44,842 nucleotides of DNA from an uncultured Elusimicrobia bacterium (GTDB lineage: Bacteria; Elusimicrobiota; Elusimicrobia; F11), in the NCBI GenBank assembly GCA_964463805.1, contig CAYXDS010000002.1:1-44842 (forward strand), read 5' to 3'. The position numbers and the translations under genes are program-made. A model generated the notes under the pieces. It searched no databases. It saw only the letters and a program-made list of their open reading frames with translations, and was not told the origin of the DNA. This document shows positions 12,701 to 17,495 of this stretch, in pieces (within the stretch, counting starts at the first letter, position 1; every line of letters begins with the position of its first letter).

Positions 12701-15700
12701 GCATCTGCGGTCAATAGCGCGTTGCCTTCCAACAACATATTCGCAGTCGGCGTTGTAATCGCAACCGTTGGTGCGGTCTGGTCGTTGTCCGATGTGACCG
12801 TAATCGACGCGCGCGCGACATTGCCTTCAGCGTCGACGGCAACGACCGTTATCACATGCGGGCCGTTAATGAATGCTTGCGAGTTCCAAATCGCGTCGTA
12901 TGAGGCCATCGCTGTGTTCGTCGAAAAAATCACCATCGAATCGACGTAGATGCGAACTTCGGTCACACCTACGTTGTCGGTCACTGTAGCGGAAACAGGC
13001 ACATTGCCTAAAACCGGCGCGTTGGGAGCGGGCGCCGTGATTTGAATGACGGGCGGCACTTCATCACGCGAGCGCGGGGGTATTCCGCAAATATTCATAT
13101 ACGGATAAAGTCCCGTATATCCGGCATAGGAGAACATTGCGCCAGGTAAAATGCCGCTGCCGATGAAATCCAATCGACCGTCGGCATCCAAATCTTTCAC
13201 GATCATTACGCCGTTCCCAAGCGCCATCGTATGCGAATTGTCCGCGGTCCAATCGGGAATATGATGATAAACGCCAGGCTGAGAAGCTTGCGGCGTGTAA
13301 AGCGATGTATGCGTCGTCCAAGAGTAATCGCGCCAATAAGCAAAACGGTTCGACGTTTGAATGACAATGTCATCCGCTTTTCTCGCCGTACCATTCGATG
13401 AACAGGTGAACGGCGCGGCGATGATGTCGGACACCGATTCGAGGGAATACCACTCGTCCGTTTTTACGAACGAACGGTTCCCGTTGTAACGGAAAACTTG
13501 AACGAAACCGCTGTTGAACGCATCGAGATCGGAAGAACCGAAAATCAAATCGTTCGATTTCCCGTCGGCATCAAGATCCCCGACCGCGACAGCCGCATCC
13601 AACGTACATTTCTTGTTGCTCACATCGGTTCGCGGCCAAGCATTGGTGCCATTGTTCCAATAAACGGTCAACGTGGGTGCATTCGGAGAGAGGAAAGCGT
13701 CCATTCTGGCGCCGGAGGTAATGATGTCGATTTTTCCATCGCCATCGATATCCGCGGCGCGCATTTTTCCGCGACCTGTGTCACCAACGACGAACGGCGT
13801 GAAATTGCCGCTTGCATCGGCGAAATAAATTCGAGTGCCGGTATCTCCGCTGATCGCTACATCGAGTCGCCCGTCCTTATTAAAGTCGGCGACAACTTGT
13901 CCGCCCCCTTGGGCGCCGACGCCGATCTCCTCTGGGGTTTGAGACCATTGATCATTTCCCAAATAACGCCATCGTGAGAATTTACCGCCAATACTACCGA
14001 CGATATCGCCGGACCCCGGAACAAATGAAACGCCCGCGGTCGGATAACTGAATCGAATCGCTTCATAGGGACTCTCAAGATCACCGGTCCCTTTATAAAC
14101 ATACGCGGGCGTGTAGTACGAGCCGCCGTTGCCGACAAGATCGAGTATGCCGTCATTATTGTAATCACCGATGTCCATGCTGGCGATAGAGTGAGGAGAA
14201 GTGTTGTCATCGGTAAAAATTCCGTCATCAAACCGATTAAATATCAGTCCGGCATTTGTCGTAAATTCAGGATAGGGGCAGCAATTGTCCGGCGGTGGAG
14301 GAACGTTCGGATCGGTGGTCACTTTGATTTGCGAGCGGCTTACGTTGCCGGCGGCGTCAATCGCTACCGCCGTCAAAATATGAGTGCCGAGCGAGGAATA
14401 ACGAGAAGTATCCCACGAGGCTGTGTAAGGCGGCGTCGTATCTTGGCTAAGCTGTGCTTCTCCGTCGACATAAAACTCCACTCTTTTTACGGAGACATTA
14501 TCGGACGCAGTCGCGCTGATCGTTACGAGTCCGTTCGGGAGCACGACCGCTCCATATAATGGAGCGGTAATTTGTACGGTTGGCGCCACTTCGTCGCCCG
14601 GCACTTGGGGAAGGCCGCAAACATTCGAATACATCACAAGCTTGGAGACCAATGCACCGCCTGTGACGCTCTTGCTCAAAAGACCGGTTCCTAAAATGTC
14701 GTATCGACCGTTTTGCATCATGCCGTATTCGCTAGCCAACGCGCCTTCACCCAGGTCCAAACCGCCTTGCTGATTGCCGGCGATCCAGTCCGGAAGGTGT
14801 TTGAATTGTCCCACCGCGCGCGGCGTGTAAAGCGCGGTGCGCATCGTCCACGGACGCGTGGTAAAAACTTCGGAGATGTCGGATTGTTGGATCACGATGT
14901 CGTCGCCGTATGTTGAACATGTGAAACGTCCGGCGATGATGTCGGTGACGCCGCCTTTCACATACCAGCGGTCGGTTCGCGTGAATTTACGGTTTCCCAA
15001 GTTACGGTAAATTTCGATAAAGCCGTTTAACGATCCGTCGAGGTCGGCGGAAGCGAAAGCGAGATCCAATTGGCCGTCTTGCCTGTCGAAATCACCGACG
15101 GCGACATTCGCATCGCCGGCAAACATAGTGGTGGCGACATCGGTGTAACTCCACGGCGCTGAAAAGTTTCCATCGTTCCAATAAACACGCAAGGTGGGAC
15201 TTGGGTTATAAATATGGAGCGGATTAAAATGGTCGACAAATCCGGCCACCACCAGATCAGGTTTTCCGTCACCATCCATGTCGGCAATGCGCAGGCGGCC
15301 ACGCGACTGACCTTTGAAAGCGTCCGTGACCGCAACTTTCGTATAAGTACCGTTCGCGGAACCGAGATAAACCCAAACGTCGTCGCCGCCGGAACGGCCG
15401 CCGCTGATCGCAATATCGGGGATGTTGTCGTTGTTCAGGTCTGCGACGGCAAAGCCCCCGTTAACGAGTCCCTCTCCGATTTGGACCGAAGACCCGAATT
15501 GGTTGTTTCCAAGATAAGGCCACTTTCTTACGGTGGTATTAAGACTGGAATCCGCGTAACAACCGACCACGCTGCCGTCGGGTAAAAAGGCCGCGCCATT
15601 GTTCGGCCCCCCGTCAGGAAGCTCAAGCAGCGTGAAATTTCCCCCGCCGTTGTTTTTGTAAACGTAACCAGCCCGGTTGTTCAAATCTCTGTTGCCGGCC

Positions 15701-15921
15701 GCCACCGCGTCGTACCAGCCATCACGGTTGTAATCGGAGATGGCCAGTGAAGCGATGCCGCGGGGAGATGTGTGGTATTCGGTATATATCCCGGCTGTGT
15801 TTCCATCGATGGAGGTAAAACCGGGATTCGTGCAGCAATCGGCCCACAGCCGATTGGGAACAAGGGCAAGAACGAAAAACGAGCCTGCAAGGCTCGTCCG
15901 AGCGAAATTCGTCCATCTCAT
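712..15921 (-). CDS. Giant secreted mosaic repeat protein (5069 aa): signal peptide, 4x[FG-GAP/VCBS propeller + Ig-like domains], ~20 PKD-like repeats, 2 cadherin-like doublets, orphan central domain, T9SS-type C-terminal sorting domain
   Basis: Single uninterrupted 15,210-nt ORF. N-terminus [30 protein letters not shown] is a signal peptide. FG-GAP/VCBS motifs include [29 protein letters not shown] and [15 protein letters not shown]. Other motif classes are listed under the sub-features below. Confidence 0.92.
   Translation of the reverse strand: [5069 protein letters not shown]
715..981 (-). other. C-terminal sorting domain of the giant protein (T9SS type-A-like / FlgD-Ig-like), aa 4981-5069
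   Basis: [89 protein letters not shown]. It shows the YPNP motif, a 'GGY..ilK' motif and a terminal K.KLAV strand at the extreme C-terminus, as in Por_Secre_tail-type CTDs. A FlgD-Ig-type fold cannot be excluded by eye. Confidence 0.55.
982..3385 (-). repeat. PKD-like tandem array 4: 7 canonical ~300-nt units (1290-3385) plus 1 divergent terminal unit (982-1290); boundaries approximate
   Basis: Recurrent unit ...NQTI(T/V)LPxxANLSGSA(S/T)[66 protein letters not shown].... At DNA level, ccgaa(t/c)gtgaccgt(g/a)cc(c/g)gg(g/a)cc recurs about every 297-300 nt. Confidence 0.8.
3386..3945 (-). repeat. Cadherin-like (bacterial Ig/Big_9-type) doublet, copy 2; boundaries approximate
   Basis: [74 protein letters not shown]... 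followed by [76 protein letters not shown].... The pattern 'D-PDGD-LT...HGT....tYTP...y.G.DsFtY' fits this class. Confidence 0.7.
3946..5420 (-). repeat. PKD-like tandem array 3 (5 units); boundaries approximate
   Basis: Five consecutive units carrying SGSA(T/S)DDGLPNPP...W(S/T)(K/Q)VSGPG...YVLRLTA(D/N)D. Confidence 0.8.
5421..5985 (-). repeat. Cadherin-like (bacterial Ig/Big_9-type) doublet, copy 1; boundaries approximate
   Basis: [74 protein letters not shown]... followed by [76 protein letters not shown].... It aligns end to end with copy 2. Confidence 0.7.
5986..7150 (-). repeat. PKD-like tandem array 2 (4 units); boundaries approximate
   Basis: Four units. Adjacent units at 6291-6590 and 6591-6890 are in exact 300-nt register and look about three-quarters identical by eye. 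Confidence 0.8.
7151..8239 (-). other. Orphan central domain (~363 aa, aa ~2561-2923) inserted between PKD arrays; fold unknown (beta-rich, possibly propeller)
   Basis: Non-repetitive stretch from ...[22 protein letters not shown]... to ...[18 protein letters not shown].... It carries none of the PKD, FG-GAP or cadherin motifs, and a single Cys sits near each boundary. Confidence 0.5.
8240..9075 (-). repeat. PKD-like tandem array 1 (3 more divergent units); boundaries approximate
   Basis: [59 protein letters not shown] and [32 protein letters not shown]. Confidence 0.75.
9076..15840 (-). repeat. Four FG-GAP/VCBS propeller + Ig-like supermodules (approx. 14290-15840, 12230-14289, 10480-12229, 9076-10479), carrying 1, 3, 2 and 1 Ig-like domains
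   Basis: Each module opens with a Cys motif ([34 protein letters not shown]) and contains repeated (D/N)x(D/N)xDGxxD(I/L)(V/A)xxG calcium-loop-like motifs. Each ends at a Cys (VCGLP, ICGIP, ATCTVP, SLCSGG). Ig-like units follow, of the type P(T/L)V(S/A)ITxPxxxxxVxGxVxIxAxASDNxGVxxVEFYVDG...PYxxxWNT....GxHxLxAxAxDxAGN. Confidence 0.75.
15841..15921 (-). other. Signal peptide of the giant protein (aa 1-27)
   Basis: [28 protein letters not shown] has a basic n-region, a hydrophobic core and an AxA-like LWA cleavage site. Confidence 0.7.
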
Positions 15922-15972
15922 GTAACAAAGATAAATCGAATTTCTTAAGAATTCCTTAAGGAAAGATTAAAA
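15922..15972 (-). promoter_or_regulatory. Conserved upstream module, copy B (promoter/operator candidate for the giant gene)
   Basis: Plus strand GTAACAAAGATAAA(15922-15935)...TCTTAAGA(15943-15950)...CCTTAAGG(15954-15961)...GATTAAAA(15965-15972). Block offsets from the ATG (+23, +33, +44 nt) are identical to copy A at 614-664. Confidence 0.5.
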
Positions 15973-15990
15973 CTGCACGAAGAAAATGCT

Positions 15991-16035
15991 TTTCACAAAA
16001 TCAGGCTGAAAAGACACGCCGGATTTTGTGTGAAA
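15991..16035 (-). terminator. Candidate stem-loop terminator downstream of the RNase E/G-family gene
   Basis: Arms TTTCACAAAATC (15991-16002) and GATTTTGTGTGAAA (16022-16035) pair with a 2-nt bulge around a ~19-nt loop. On the minus-strand RNA the hairpin is followed by AGCAUUUUCUUC. The stem is AT-rich and the loop large, so this is weak. Confidence 0.3.
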
Positions 16036-16043
16036 TTTTAGTG

Positions 16044-17477
16044 CTATTCCAAAATAAGTCGATAATGTTCCCAGGGCAGCGTCTCGTCGTCGATAAGTTC
16101 GACCGAACGGCCGACTTGTTTCTCCATCCGCTCCTTGTTCTCGCGGAAGTACTGCGCGAGCGCCGATTGCAGATAAATCTTCAATCGTCCGTCCGGACGG
16201 CCTTGCGTGAGCTCGATGATTTCCTTGCGGATCTTTAGGAACATCGAGTCGCGCGACAGCACCCAACCGCTTCCCGAGCACTCGACGCAGGTTTCGCAGG
16301 TCATCGACTGAAGCGATTCCCGGCGGCGTTCGCGCGTCATTTCGACGAGACCGAGACGCGTGATCGGCAAAATTTTGATTTTCGCGTGGTCGTTGCGCGT
16401 GGCGCGGGCCAGCGCTTCCATCACCTTGTCGCGGTTGCGGCGTTTTTTCATGTCGATGAAGTCGATCACGATGATGCCGCCGATGTTGCGCAAGCGCAGC
16501 TGCCGCGCCACTTCGACCGCGGCCTCGATGTTCGTGGCCGTGACCGTTTCTTCCTGCGAGTTGCGGCCCGTGAATTTACCGGTGTTCACGTCGATCGCGC
16601 ACAGCGATTCCGCTTCTTGCAGCACCAAATAGCCGCCCGAGGGCAGGTCGATACGTGCATTGCGCAATTTGACGAGTTCGTTATCCACATTGAACGACGA
16701 GAGAATCGGCGTACGTCCTTCGTAGAGTTTCACACGATCCGCCAGTTCGGGCGCCAACATATCGACGAACCCTTTGACGTCTTCGTATTCCTGTTTGTTG
16801 TCGAGCAGGAACGCTTCGACATCCTCGGAAAGGATGTCGCGCACCACTTGGAAGGTCAAACCGAGTTCTTTGTGGATCAGGCCTTTCTGTACTTTTTCCT
16901 GGCGCTTTTTGATCGTCTCCCAAAGCCGGGTCAAATATTTCATCTCGCGGCGCAACGCGCGCTCGTCGGCCCCTTCGGCCTCGGTGCGAACGATCACGCC
17001 GCCCGGCGGGTTCAATGACTCGACGATTTTGCGCAGTCGTTCACGTTCCGAGTGCTCTTCGACTTGGCGTGACACGCCCACATGCTCGGAGAGCGGCATC
17101 AAAATCAAAAATCGTCCCGGCAGAGAAATGTCCATCGTCACTTTCATACCCTTGGTCCCGATCGCTTCTTTGGCGACTTGAACGAGGATCGTCGACCCTT
17201 TTTTCAAGATCTTGCTGATATCGCGTTCGTTGTTGTCCGAGAGCACGTCCGAGATATAAAGGTACGCGTTTTTTTCCTGGCCCACGTCGATAAACGCCGA
17301 CGAGATGCCGGGCAACACGTTTTCGACTTTGCCTTGATAGATGTTGCCGACCACTTTGTCGTTGCCGCCGATGTGGCGGTCGATGAAGTATTCGGCCAAC
17401 TGATCGTTTTCGAGAATCGCCACGCGCGTTTCATCGGGCGTCGTGGCTGCGAGAATTTGTTTCTTAAGCTGTTTCAT
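16044..17477 (-). CDS. rng: Ribonuclease E/G family protein (RNase G-like, 477 aa)
   Basis: MKQLKKQILAATTPDETRVAILENDQLAEYFIDR...VGNIYQGKVENVLPGISSAFIDVGQEKNAYLYISD matches the S1 domain followed by the RNase E/G catalytic core (...CAIDVNTGKFTG..., ...GGIIVIDFIDM...). The size fits Rng rather than full-length Rne. Confidence 0.9.
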   Translation of the reverse strand: MKQLKKQILAATTPDETRVAILENDQLAEYFIDRHIGGNDKVVGNIYQGKVENVLPGISSAFIDVGQEKNAYLYISDVLSDNNERDISKILKKGSTILVQVAKEAIGTKGMKVTMDISLPGRFLILMPLSEHVGVSRQVEEHSERERLRKIVESLNPPGGVIVRTEAEGADERALRREMKYLTRLWETIKKRQEKVQKGLIHKELGLTFQVVRDILSEDVEAFLLDNKQEYEDVKGFVDMLAPELADRVKLYEGRTPILSSFNVDNELVKLRNARIDLPSGGYLVLQEAESLCAIDVNTGKFTGRNSQEETVTATNIEAAVEVARQLRLRNIGGIIVIDFIDMKKRRNRDKVMEALARATRNDHAKIKILPITRLGLVEMTRERRRESLQSMTCETCVECSGSGWVLSRDSMFLKIRKEIIELTQGRPDGRLKIYLQSALAQYFRENKERMEKQVGRSVELIDDETLPWEHYRLILE

Positions 17478-17495
17478 ATTTTTCCTTTTTTATTT

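Noticed and set aside
712-15921. Phase-variation or diversity-generating mechanism for the giant gene (DGR, invertible promoter, homopolymer slippage)
   Set aside because: The window contains no reverse transcriptase, template repeat, recombinase gene, flanking inverted repeats around the promoter or long homopolymer/SSR tract. Only recombination among the 300-nt units remains plausible.
847-15925. Dozens of plus-strand and alternative-frame ORFs inside the giant gene (e.g. 3776..4309, 10153..10608, 13498..13977, 15027..15413)
   Set aside because: They are shadow ORFs of a long GC-rich repetitive coding region. Their similarity to one another merely mirrors the PKD repeat periodicity. None has a start context or motif, and all are nested in the 15.2-kb frame.
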